64,000 nt of DNA from assembly GCA_010093995.1 (NCBI GenBank), contig ML992501.1:2747194-2811193 (forward strand). Direction: 5' to 3'. This stretch comes from Elsinoe ampelina (taxonomy: Eukaryota). The notes beneath the pieces are model-generated. The model made no database searches. It was not told the DNA's origin and saw only the letters and a list, made by a program, of their open reading frames with translations. This document shows, one piece after another, positions 45,192-58,607 of this stretch. Both the position numbers and the translations under genes were made by a program. The stretch's first letter is position 1; each line of letters opens with the position of its first letter.

Positions 45192-48100
45192 CTATATTAA
45201 GACTTCGAAACGACTATAACTAAGCAATAGAGCTATTAAACTATCTAGTTATTCTACTACTTACGTAACTACTAATAACTACTACTTATAAAGAATTAAA
45301 GAATTAAAGAAGAAGCTATTATAATTATAGTTCCTACGTATACTATAATAGATCCTTGCTACTACTATATAATTTAATACTATAAACTATAAATATAAGA
45401 AGAAGGTAATAAGTTAAGTTATAAATAACTTAAGAAGAAAGTAAGCTACTAGTTAAATTTTTAAATACTCTTTTTATTATATATTAACTTTTTCTACTAT
45501 TATATTTATAACTAACTATACTAAGTATAGCTCGATCTAACTATAGCAATAAAGAGCACTACTAAAGTAAGCTACCTTAACCTATTTCTAATAATAATAA
45601 TACCTTTATCTACTCTCTTTACTATAATCTTTTTGCTCTTTCTAACACTATACTTCTTAAGAAGCTATAGGAAAAGTATAGTATATAGGCACTAAGAGAC
45701 GTATTTAAATATATTAAGTCCTTCTATAATAAGTAAACTATATAGGTAAAAGACACTTATACTAATACTTTCTACTATTACTATAAGTTAGATACTACTT
45801 AGGCCTAGCTCGGTAACCTCTAATCCGAACTAGATATATCTTAGTCCTATACTAATAGCGTTACTACCTAAGCTATATACTACCTAGACAAAATCTAAGA
45901 GCTTAAGGCTAAGGTAAACTAACTAAGAAACGAGATAGAGTATAGTATACTAGCCCTTTCTATACGTAGCTTTACCTTATTAGAAAAGATACTAGACTCT
46001 ACTATCTTTAGTATAGGTATACTAGAGTAGTTTAAGGTCTTTAAGTACTAGATAAGAAATAAGATATATACTAATATAGATTGTTTCTCTACAAGAGATA
46101 CTTAGTTTATCTATCTATACTTATACCTCTCTAGAGAAGCTTATATCCTTATTATAGATTTAGCTAGTAATAACGTTATTAGCGTTAAAGAGGTTCTTAC
46201 TCTCTTAGTCTAGCGCTTTAAGGATCCTAACTATAGGGCTACTATATATACTTAGTTTACTAACCTCTTCTAGTATAATAGTATATTTAACTTCTTTATT
46301 AGTAAGTTTAATAAGTATGTCTTTTACGCTAAGATTACTAAAGAGAAGTAGCTATACTAGATCTATTAGAAGATATCTAATAAGCTATATAATACTCTAG
46401 TTAACTATAATACTAACAACCTTACTATCTTTATTACTAAGGCCTACGCTACTAACTATAACATCTAATAGAATAACCTTATTACTAAGCGCACTTAGGC
46501 TTTACGTTCTATACTAGCTATAAGCTATACTACTACTATACCTACTTACGTACTTTATTCTACCTCTACGCCTATAGCTCTACCTACCTTCTACTCTATT
46601 ACTAGAGGTACTTTATAGCCTTTCTATCTAGCTCTAGTACTTACCTATTACGTATATAGTAAGCCTAGATATATCTCTACTAAGTATATAGCTAGCGCCT
46701 TAGAGAAGGCTACTTACGCTACTATATACTCTATACGTATTAGCGCTATAGAGGAGATATAGTAGCTTTAGAATTGCTTAGCTAAATTAAGTAACTAGGT
46801 CGACACTAGTTTAGCCTATGAACTAGATCTAGTTTAGCCTTAGTTTAACCCCGAAATAGACTATAAGTCTACTAGCTACTCTAGCTAGAGAAATAAGTAG
46901 CTAAAGAACAAGTCTTATTCTCTAGCAAAATAAGAGTAATTCGAGATAGATCCGGAGGTATATAGTTACTAAATAGCGTTATTAGCTACTATATCTCTAC
47001 TATTATAACTCCTATTACTATTTATAACTCTTATAACTACTCTTATACTATTACGCTCTAAGCTTTTATTAATACTAGTGCGCTTATTAGTGCTATAGTT
47101 AATTATAACGTCCTTAATAAGCTAAAGAGTTTTAGCTACCCTATAGCGTTAGCTAGCTCTATTTAGCTTTAGGCTTATAATAGTGTTCTAATAGAGTAAG
47201 TTACTTATAGCGTTTCCCTTACTACTACTATCTCTAGTAAGCTAAATACTTTTACTACCTTCTATATTATAGATATTAGCCGTTTTAATATTATTCTTAG
47301 CCTTAGCTAGCTTAAAGCTAATAGGGCTACTATTAACTATAAGTATAGCTAAGTTACGTATAAAGAAGAGTTTTTACTAGTTGTCGTTAAGTAGGAGCTA
47401 CTATAGCTAATTAAAAGACTAGAATCTAGATCTAAGCCTAGCTCGGATCTAGAAATCTAGCTTAGTAAAGCTACTACTCTAGTTTAGAACTAGTTTAGTT
47501 CTAGTCTAACTCGTAAACTAAGTTCTAGCTCGGCTACTAAGTTAGGACAAACTAGACTATATTAGCTACTAGCTCTTAGATTAAACTTTAAGCTAAATTA
47601 AGAAGAGTTTAAGCTAATCTCCTATAGTACTTAATTAATATATAAGTTCTTCTACTTACCTACCTATATAAGTAACACTAAATAGGAAAAGCTAACTATT
47701 ACCTTTATCAGCATAGCTACCTTTATATTAGTAGCTAAATACTAAAAGAATAAGGTATTTATAATCTTAGTAAAGAATATTAAAGACTACTACTAGATAG
47801 TCTCTAAGCTAGAACTAGATTCTATAGTAGTTCTCCTAGAGGAGCTATAGGAGTTTACTAATATCTTCTCTAAAGAATAATCTAATATACTTCCTTAGTA
47901 TCGGCTGGATTTTAATAACTATATTATACTTAAAGATAGTACTAAGCTACTATATATAGAGCTTTTATACTACCTATTACTAGAAGAACTTAATATAGTA
48001 GAATAATTTATCTAAGAATATCTTAATAAAGGCTTTATTATATTAAGTTCTACTAGCTATTTCTTACCTATTCTCTTTATTTGTAAGCTAGGTAGAGAAC

Positions 48101-51053
48101 TCTATCTCTATATTAACTACTATAGCCTTAATAAGGTAACTAAGTAAGATATCTATTCTCTATCTCTTATTAAAGAAATACTTACGCGCGTAAGTAAGGC
48201 TAAATAGTTTAGTAAGATTAATATCTATTAAGTCTTTTACTATCTCTATAACTCTATTAATAGTAAAGATCTTACTATATTCTTTATATATATAGTTATA
48301 TAGGCAACTTTAAGTAGTTAGTAATACTATTTAGTCTTACTAACGCCTCTATAGTATAGTAGAGGTTTATAAATTATAACTTTGTTAATATACTAGAGCG
48401 CTTTATATTAATCTATCTTAATAATATTCTTATTTATACTAATAGTACTTATAGAAAGTACACTAAGTATATTAAGCTAGTACTCTAGTAGCTCTATAAA
48501 TTAGGCCTAAATACTAATATTAAAAAGAGTAAGTTCTACCTAACGGAAGTAAAGTATCTTAGTATTATTATTAGCTAAGATAGAGTTAAGATATATCCTA
48601 AGAAGGTAGAAGCTATATAGGTATAGAAATAGCTAGCCCCTAGTAATACTACTTAGGTAAGAAGCTTTATTAGCTTCTATAGCTACTATTACTACTTTAT
48701 TAAGGGATTTAGCACTATTGCTAAGCTATTAAATAATCTACTTAAGAAAGATACTACGCTATAGAACGACAAGTGTACTACTATATTTAATTATATAAAG
48801 TATACTATTATAAGTATACCTATCCTTATATACTTTAATTACTCGAAGTAGATAGTCCTTAAGACTAATACTTCTAATACTACTACTGCTAGAATTCTAT
48901 TATAATATGACAAATCTAACGTTTTCTAGCCTATTACCTTTTTTAGTAAGTCTATAAACAAAGCTAAATATAACTACGCTATCTATAATAAAGAACTACT
49001 AGCTATCGTTTAAGCCTTTAAGGAGTAGGCCCTTAAGCTTATAAGCACTTAATCTAATAAGGCTATCTATGTCCTTACTAACTACTAATCCTTAATACAC
49101 TTTATAAAGACTTAGAAGCTATTACGCTACTAAGTATACTAGGCCCTCTACCTTACGTAGTTTAACTTTAAGATTATATATAGGCCTAGCACCGCTAACG
49201 GCAAAGCCGACATACTTATAAGAAGGAATAGAGATATACTATACTTAAAGGAAGACCCTAACCTCTACTAGACGTTATTACTATATAAGGTGCTCGATCT
49301 ATGTATTATTAACAAACTAAATCTAGGTCGTATCCGAACTAGATTACTAGCTCGAGTCGAACTAGTATCTAGTTTGTTATCTAGTTCGTAAACTAGTTCG
49401 TTGTCTAGGTTATTACCTATCTTACCTTCTATTTCGTAACCTATATCGGCGCCTATTTCGGCTACTAAACTAGGCATCTACGTAGTACCTATAATAGCTA
49501 TAGAAGAGCCTTTATCTCTTTTTAAAGAAGTAGCTAAAGCTAACTTATAGAACGCTAAGTATAAAACACTTCGAGGCATCTACTATATAATAAGAGTCTT
49601 CCTAAAGAGGAAATAGCTACTATTAACTAATGTCACTATTAATAAAGGGATATTATAGGTCGCCGGCTAACTATTTGTACTGTAGTTAATAGCTATAAAG
49701 GTTATCTAAGAGGTCTATATATTAAAGAACTATATATATACTAGAGCTACTAAAACAGCTACTATAATTAAGACTACCTTTTTTATCCTAGGCTATAATA
49801 ACTTTGTTAAGAGGTTCGTTACTAATTACTATAACTATAAATGCTTAAAGGCCTACTATAGCTTACTAGCTAGCCTTCTATTGCCTTTACCTATTCCGGA
49901 GAGGCCCTAGTAATATATTATAATAGACTTTGTTACTAGTCTACCCTTAGCTAATAGCTATAACGTAGTACTCTATATTGTTAATTATTTATCTAAGGAA
50001 CGACACTTAATTTCTTACTTCTCTAGAGATAGAGAGACTTTAGCGTTTAAGACTACTAAGCTATTATTCTTCTACGTGTAGAAACTATATAGTCTACTAG
50101 ATAGTATTACCTTTAACTATAGCTCTTAGTTCGTTAGTAACGTATAGAAAAGGCTATACTAGATCCTAAAGATTACTACTAAACTATCTACTATAGGACA
50201 CCTATAAATAGATAGCTAATTAGAGGTTATAAATTATAAATTTAAGCGAGTTATTCGTTCGTATATAACACATTTTAGTAATTAGACCCTTGTTCTACTA
50301 GTCGCTAAATTCTCTACTAACGCTAGTTCTTTAGAGAGTACTAAATTGTCGCTATTTAAGGTTAATAGAGGATATAAGCTAAGGCTAAGCTTCTAGCCCC
50401 CTTCTAACGTACTATTAACAAGAGCTAAGCTTAATAAGGCCGACATCTACGCGCTTACTAAATAGCTAAAGGAGGCGCTATCTATCGCTAAGGTAAACCT
50501 TACTATTACTTAATTACGTATAGTAGAATAGGCTAATAAACACTACTAGCTAATAGAATTCGAGGTAGGTAATTTAGTTTAGTTATTAACGAAAGATCTC
50601 CGGCTTTAAGGCAATCTAAAGCTGCTACTAAAATACGTTAGTCTATATAAAATCTTAGAGAAGTATTTAAAGCTATTATATAAGCTAGAGCTTCTACTAG
50701 TGCTATAATAAATTTACCTAGTATTCTATACTAACCTTCTAACTAAGTACTCTAATAACTCTCTTCTAGGCTAAGCCTTTAAAGAGCTACCTCTAATAGA
50801 GATTAATAGTAAAGAAGAGTATAAGGTAGATAACGTTATTAATATATATATACTATATAGTAGGCTAGTTACCTACGTAAGCTAGAAAGAATATCTAGAG
50901 GATCTTACCTAGTAGCTAATTAACAATCTTAAAGAAGTAGCTAATATACTACGCAACTATCTAGACTCTTATAGAGATAAGCTAAGGCTAAGATAGATTA
51001 ATAAATAATGTATAATAGTATTTAAGGGTAAATACGTTTAAGAGGGAAAGTAG

Positions 51054-51256
51054 TAATATAAGATAGATTACAAACTAGATTTAGTTAGGATCTAGTTTAG
51101 ATTAGTTATATAATCTTAGCATTATAGCCTAGGCTTCTAGCTACTTCGCTCTCGATATTATATGTGCTTTATATACTAGCTTTCTTCTTCTTTTTCTAAG
51201 TCTCAATATCTTAATAAATAGATATAATTAACCTCTTATCTTACTAGTCGTAATTA
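51054..51256 (+). repeat. 3' LTR of Gypsy A2
   Basis: 203 bp, directly after PPT AAGAGGGAAAGTAG. Confidence 0.92.
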
Positions 51257-51773
51257 ATAAGCGCCTTTACTACTGTGCTAACTAACTCTATAAGCTAAGA
51301 ATTTGCTAAAAGATTAATAGCTAGAGGCTAAGTTATAATACTTCTTTACCTATGCCTTTAGTACCGAGAAGCTCTCCTTAATAGAATTAAAATCTAGTAA
51401 ATAAGGAGGTAAGTACTCGAGGTATAATCTATACTCTTTAACTATCCTTTATACTTCTTCTATATAGTAGATTAATATATTATCTATTACTATAATTGTA
51501 CTAGGCTCGAGTTATAGTAGTATAGTATACTCTAGCTAATCTTAGAAGATAAGGCCTATAATCGAGCTATAATAGATAAGCGTGCCTTTAAGGTATCCTC
51601 TAGTTATAATAGCTAGAAGTTAATATAAGATAGATACGAACTAGATTCAGTTAGGATCTAGTTTAGATTAGTTATATAATCTTAGCATTACGGCCTAGGC
51701 TTCTAGCTACTTTACTCTCGATATTACATGTGCTTTATATACTAGTTTTCTTCTTCTTCTTCTAAGTCTTAAT

Positions 51774-52195
51774 TGTTACGAACCGTCTAAACATAGTCTA
51801 CACTAGTAGTCTAAGCTAAGCTAAGAACGAGGTAGTTCTACTTCTATAGTAGTATAGCACTAAGGTAAGAGTTAGAGAAGATATGTCTTATAGATAATAA
51901 AGTACAATTAGATAGTATTATAAAGGCTAGCCTTAGCAATACTAGTGTTCGCTATCTAGACGAGGTTAACTATAGTACTTATATAGGGTAAGGACTACTT
52001 ACTATATACCCGAGATCCTCTAGGGGATCTATAATAATCTAGGAGTGCTCTATATAAGAGCGTTATAGAGCATAGTAGAGCGTTTAGGTCCTCGGCCTAT
52101 ATACCTCTAGTTACGTAACTTCTTTCCCTACGCTAGGACTCTATTAGAGCGTCGTAAGCGAATAAAGTTACCTTTCTTTCTACTAGTTTATAACA
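51774..52195 (-). repeat. 3' LTR of Gypsy B
   Basis: 422 bp, adjacent to PPT. Confidence 0.92.
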
Positions 52196-52294
52196 TTACC
52201 TCCCCTCCTATAGCATAGTTGTCCTTAACGTATTTAAAACAAGGTAGGTGCCTACCTAATTCCCCTTATTCTCTTTTTCTTATAATAGCTAATA

Positions 52295-52830
52295 ATGCCT
52301 CGAGGCGTTAGAAAACTATTAATACTTTTCTTTACTATTCGCCGGAAGAACCTAGCTAAAAAGATTGCTATAATAGGAATTAAAGTTAAGGAGATAGCTC
52401 GATGCTCTAAATGCTTAAAGGAGAGCTATTCTTATATTATATAATAGAGTTACACAAGGTGTAGTTAGTATACTAGAATAAACTTGCTCTATAGAGGGAC
52501 CTTCTCGGAAGCTAAATTCTATTATCTAGAGGACAAGAAGTAAGACCTATAGTAGCAATCCTAAAGTGCCTAGTTATACCTAGCGTCCCTTGCTCGCGAG
52601 ATTCTAGAGGCCTAGAAGATAGTAGATTAGCTAGAGAAGAAGCTAGAAAAGATAATAGAGTAGTAGAGTAATATAGTAGATTAGGAAGTAAGGCTTCTTA
52701 GTAAGCTAGAGAATAACACGGAGGTTTCTAGCTTCGTAGCGGTATATCTAGAGAATCTCTTTATCGACGCTAGTAACTAGTCTACCTTCTCCGAGATAGA
52801 CTTTGTTAGTAGTCTTAGATCAATATCTAG
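52295..52830 (+). pseudogene. Antisense Zn(II)2Cys6 + coiled-coil ORF inside Gypsy B (RIP-mutated; 3' end uncertain)
   Basis: ATG 52295; TGC/TGT/TAT codons at exact C-x2-C-x6-C-x8-C-x2-C-x6-C spacing 52403-52492; all stops are TAA/TAG; L/E/K heptad-like region follows. Confidence 0.75.
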
Positions 52831-55800
52831 GTAAGATATTCTTAGAGTTCCTATATGTCTTTACTATACTAATACTCCTTCTAGTAGATTAAGTAATAGT
52901 AGTAGCCTCGGATAAGTTTATCTTTTAGTATTTTATCAATTTTGTAATAGGGTTATTAGGTTTTATTATCTAGTTTAGTTAGTCCTAGTTAGGCATTATA
53001 TAGTATAGGTTCTAATAACGAGATATAAAATACTAGATAAATCCTTATACTTCTAGGCAGTTCTAGTTTATATATATTCTTATTTCTTTTTTTAAGTATA
53101 GTAAAGGGTCCTAACTTAGTATAGTTTAGTTTTTTACTTAGTCTTTTTGTTTTAATGTTTTTACTAAGGAGATAAACCTTTTCCCCCTCTTATAGAATTA
53201 GTCCTGTAATTCTCTTACTATTAGTAAATCTTACTATTCTTTCTAAAATAAATATTATATCTTAGTATAGTTAATTATGTAGTTTCTTAATATCTAATAC
53301 TAATATACTTATATCTTTTAATATTAGCTTAATTCTAAGTATGTTATAGTATAGATCTAGATATGTTCTATAGTTTACATAGAATAGTAATACTCTATTT
53401 GCTAACTTTCTATTATTAATAGCGAATTCTACGAGCGGTAATAGCGTTACCTATAAGTCTTGCTTATAGTTTAGGTAGTAGCGTAGGTACTACTCTAGTA
53501 CTTAATTTACTTATTTAGTTTATCTGTCCGTTTATAGATAAAAGAAGATTAATAGCTTATATTTAACTTCTAATAGATCTACGAATAACTATTAGAACTA
53601 TAATATAAATAGTTTATCTCTGTTAGTAATTAAGTCTCGTAGTATTCTATGTTATAAAACAATTATTTAGAGGAAGGCGAAGGCTATATCCTCGGTAGTT
53701 ACTATTATCTTATATAGCATAAAGTAATAGTACTTCGTAAACCTGTCTATAAGGACTAGAATACTATTATATGTTATACTTGTAAGGGGCTCTTCTAATA
53801 GTAGTAGCGGTTCTATAAAGTCTATTATAACTAATTACTATAGTCTGTCTAGTAGTAGTAATAGTTATAGTAGGCTATATAGCTTATGTTATAAGTGCTT
53901 AGACTTATAGTATGTATTGTATACTATAATATATATTTTAATATTGTTTTAGAGTCCTTTCTATAGGTAGTTTTGTGTAATAAGTTTAATAGTCTTATTA
54001 ATCCTACTATGTCTCGCTATTAGGTCGTTATAGTATATTTAGATAACTTTCTATTTCTCTTCCTATATAAGCTCCTAGGTAAGGCTATATAACTACTCTA
54101 CCTTCGGGTGCTTATAGACTAGAGCGCTATCCTACTACTTTAGTATAGAGGCCTCTATTATTGTTATATTCTTTAAGTAATCTAGTTAGTAGCTAAGAGT
54201 ATCTACTCTGCCGTTTTCTAATCCCTTAACGTAGTAAATCTAGAAGTTATAACTTATAAGTGTTTCTAACTATTAAACCTATTACCTGTTAAGGACCTTA
54301 GTTGTTGTCTAATATAGAAGGTTCTTATAATCGGTGTAGACTTATACTAGTAAGGTTATTCCTTCTAGGTATACTCTCTACTTACGGAATGCTTCTATAA
54401 TCGTAAGTAACTCCTTATTATATATATTATAGTTAAGTTTAGGTCTAGTTATTTTTCGTAAGTAGTATACAATTAGATAACGTTATTCTTCTACGTCCTT
54501 CTATACTAGATATACTTCTATTACAAAGTCTAAGGTATTTGTCTCTAGTAGTGCTTATTAGTCTAGGTTAAAGAGTACTAGGATAGGTACTGTTATAAGC
54601 CTAAGCTTTAGCTCCTTAAAGGCCTACCTATATTTTTCGTTAAAGACAAAGCTAGTTTCCTTTTTTATAAGGTTAGATATTAGCGTAGCTACCTTAGAGA
54701 ACCCCTTAACAAACTTATAGTAGTAGTTAAAGAATCCTAGTAGTGCTTAAACCTTCTTAACTATAGTAAGTTCCGGCTAGTTATTTACTAACTTAATCTT
54801 CTTTAGATTAGGTCTAATACTATTAGTAGATATAATATAGCCTAGAAATTGTATCTTATGTTTATAAAACTTACACTTAGAGAGCTTTATTAGTAGGTCT
54901 TTTTCTTTTAGTTTCTATAGTACCTTATAAATATGTCCTATATATTTGTTATATATCTTTAAGAAGATAATAATATTATCTAAATATGCTAAGATAAAGT
55001 TGTTAAGGTATTCTCGTAGAGTGTTATTAATTAACTCTTAGAAGGTTATAGGAGCGTTAGTTAACCTAAAGAGTATAATAAGGTACTTATATAGACTCTA
55101 TTATATTCTAAAAGCCGTTTTCTACTCCTTGTCCTCCTTTATTTATACTTAATAATAGGCATCTCTAATATTAATTATAGTAAACTATTTAGCTCTAAGT
55201 AGTTAGTCTTAAAGTTTGTTAATCCTTAGTAGAGGATAGCGATTCTTTCTAGTAAGTGTATTAAGTTTCTAGTAATTAATATATATTTATAACGTTCTAT
55301 TCTTTTTAGGTGTAAAAAGCACTCTATATGTAATAGGTGATTTTAATAGTTATATAAATCCTTTAAGTAAGTACTTGTCGATATAGTTCTTAAGGACGTT
55401 CTTCTCTTATTTCGATAGTAGTATAAGACCTTAATAGTGTGTTAGGGATTTACCCTCTTTAAAGAGTATTTTATAATTCTATAGTTTATGTTAAAGTAAA
55501 GCTATAATACCTTCTCTTTCTTTAAATAAGTCCTTAAAGTCTTTATATTCTAGTAGAAGTACTTAATTACTTACGCTAGCGATAGCCCTAACTATTAGTT
55601 ATACCTATACTATCCTTATAGTTAGTATTCGTAGAGCTAATTATACTCCCTATGTCCTATAATTACACTTAGGAAATTCGAGTGTTTCTTTAATCTAGTC
55701 TACGTCTAGATTATATTATTAAAGCTAGTCTATACTAAGTACTATATTATACTATATGTCTACTATATCGATTAATCGTTTTTCTATATATGTTCTAATT

Positions 55801-58185
55801 TTAATTATAACATTTTATAGTTCCTAAGTAACTTTCCTATTCTTTCCTATAGGGGTTCTATTCGCTATAGTAAGTAGGTAAGGTAACTCCTTCTAGTGTT
55901 AATAAGGTTTAAGCTAATTAGTAACTGTTATAGAGACGTAGCTATAGTTAGCTCCTAAATCTATTATTACTCTTACCTTATTTCCTTATATATAGACTTC
56001 TAGTATAAAGTAATTTAATATATAGATCTTTATTATATTAAGGCTTTAGCTAGTGTTATTATCTTGCCTTATTAGGTAATAACTAGCTAGTTTTTTGTCA
56101 TTATAGCTCCTTAGATAAGTAGCTAATCCCTTCCTACACGTATCTACTATTAGTACTATATCTATTAGACAAGTTATATTTTGTCGTTATTTAATATAGC
56201 GAGGTAAACTTCTAGCGCCTAAGTCCCTTAGTAACTATAAAGTCTAATAATTCTTTACTAGTTACACTAAGTAGTATTATACACCTATATTAGTATAACT
56301 ATTCCCTCTAGGTATAGCTAGGTATTAGTATTAAAGACGAAAGTAAGTTATGTAGATTCGTCTTATTATGTCCTATTCTAGTAGTAGATGTATATTATTA
56401 TATAATTCCTCTATATCTCTATAAGGTATACTTTAAGTTATCTACCTAGTAGTAGTATATCGTTGTTGTCGGATAAGTTCTTATCTATATTGTTATATTA
56501 TAGTTATTTGGTATATTTCTTGTTATATTCCTCTTCGTCGCTACTGCCCCTAGTATAGTTATAGTTAGTAAAGCTATACTAAGTATACTCTTATACTTAG
56601 CTATAGGGAATAGTACTATCTATTTCGATTACTAAGAAGTCTATAGTATATTTAAGACTAATAGCGTCTTTTCTAAGTACATTGTATAAGTAGATAGTAT
56701 AGTACTATTTATAATCTAGACTTGTGTATTTCTAGAGCGATATATAATACGCCTTTCCTTGTAGTTTACTATAAAGGCTAAAGATAAGGTTACTATATTA
56801 TTGTATAGCACTTACGTCCTAATACTTCGTTTTAATAATTATATATTAGTAGTTATTACTAACTACCTTCTAAGGTTAGTTAATATTACTACTAATTATA
56901 GAGAGCTCTTCTAGGTTAAACTCCTAGTCTAGCTATTTCGTTAGTTACCTACGCTTAGATAGCTTATATAAAAACTAACTAGATCTTTGCTTGTCTAATA
57001 AGTAAATATAACAAGAGTTATTATAATATACTATCTATAATAGTGTTATATATTAGCTTTGTTATTTACTATTAGTTATAGAGATATTAAGTATAATATC
57101 TAGAGAGAGTTCTATTATCTCTCTAGTTGTTATAGACTTCTTCTATGTTTCCTTACCTACGCTAAAGGTTATTAGGTCTTCTATAGTAGTGTTAGCCTTT
57201 ATCTCTACTAGCCTAGCAACTATTATATATAATCTATTAGCTAGCGCCCTTTATTAGTAGTCCCTAGCCCGATACCTAGGTCTTTTACACTTAAAACATA
57301 GATTGTCTTATCTATACTTCTCTCTCTCTTTTCTACTAAGGAACTTTCCTTTGTAGCTTCGGCCTTATACCTATAAGGGGCAACCTTTGCGTATAGCGTT
57401 AAGTTCTATAGAGTCTCTATAGTTTCGGGAGAAACGCGTATATCTAGTGTTTATCTTATATTCTCTATAACGTTCTATGTATCGTTTATAGAGTTAGTTA
57501 TTAATAGCAATTATAGTGTCTACTAGTTCCTATAGACTATTAGGTAGCTCGGGTATTATCTAGTCTTTAACTAAGTTACTTAGTCCTTAGTAGAATACTA
57601 AGTATTTAGCGCTATTATTCTAGTCTAGATATATTACAAGTTATTAGAACTAGAAATAGGACTAGGCTATAGACCTATATTATTATAGTTATTAGATCTT
57701 TGTTATAGCGACGCGTTCCTTATTAGATACGTTAAAGACTTACTTAATCTTTGCCTAGAAGATACTAAAGCTCTTAAAGATAGCCTTTATATCTAGGCTT
57801 AGTTATCTATCTAGGTAGCTACTTATATAAGGCTTAAACTACCCGAAGGTAGCGCCTTTAAAGTGTATCCCGGCATAGAGGACCTTTGCTACGTCGTTAG
57901 CGTACTTATCTCTCTCTAGGGCGAAGAAGGCTTTAAGTTAAACAAGGAAGCGCCTTAAGTAGGCGTAGTCCCTATAGAAGGGTTTTACTTCTAACTTAGG
58001 CTTACTCTATTCTTCTCTTATACTAAGAGACCTTCTATGTTCGCTCGAGGTTAAACTAGTAGTAGATATATTATTAATAGTAAGCTTTCCTAGCTTACTA
58101 GTAATTAAAGATACTAATAGTAACTTAGAGTAAGAGTTACTTATTAACCTCGTAGCGTGCTATACTATAGTAAAGATAGTTAAAG

Positions 58186-58607
58186 TGTCACAAACTGTCT
58201 AAATATAGTCTATAATAGTAGTCTAAGCTAAGCTAAGAACAAGGTAGTTCTACTTCTATAGTAGTATAGCACTAAGGTAAGAGTTAGAGAAGGTATATCT
58301 TATAGATAATAAAGTACAATTAGATAGTATTATAAAGGCTAGCCTTAGTAATACTAGTGTTTACTATCTAGACGAGGTTAACTATAGTACTTATATAGAG
58401 TAAGGACTACTTACTATATACTTAAGATTCCCTAGGGGATCTATAATAATCTAGAAGTGCTCTATATAAGAGCGTTATAGAGTATAGTAGAGCGTTCGGG
58501 TCCTCGGCTCGTACGTCTCTAGTTACGTAACTTCTTTCCCTACGCTAGAACTCTATTAGAGCGTCGTAAGCGAATAAAGTTACCTTTCTTTCTACTGGTT
58601 CGTAACA
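58186..58607 (-). repeat. 5' LTR of Gypsy B
   Basis: 422-bp direct repeat of 51774-52195. Confidence 0.92.

Larger units (their letters stand above)
44989..51256 (+). mobile_element. Ty3/Gypsy chromovirus A, copy A2 (full length 6268 bp, RIP-inactivated)
   Basis: LTRs 44989-45191 and 51054-51256; gag zinc-knuckle relic ~46645-46690; RT YL(DD)ILIY ~48415; RNase H; integrase DFVTSLP ~49930; chromodomain relic ~50815-50960; PPT ~51040-51053. Confidence 0.93.
51774..58607 (-). mobile_element. Ty3/Gypsy chromovirus B (CfT-1/Skippy-like, RIP-inactivated) inserted in the A3 LTR
   Basis: 422-bp LTRs TGT..ACA at 51774-52195 and 58186-58607; TSD TTAAT; PPT at 52196-52208 (- strand); gag CFKC..PG..ARD knuckle ~57265-57300; RT AYLD(D)II ~54980; integrase; chromodomain ~52810-52945. 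Confidence 0.93.

Noticed and set aside
49268..49477. 69-aa ORF with short repeats
   Set aside because: Antisense to a repetitive linker between RNase H and integrase of Gypsy A
52831..52884. Apparent GTAAGA..CTAAT..TAG intron extending the antisense Zn2Cys6 ORF
   Set aside because: It overlaps the pol chromodomain on the other strand, and such signals arise easily in RIP DNA
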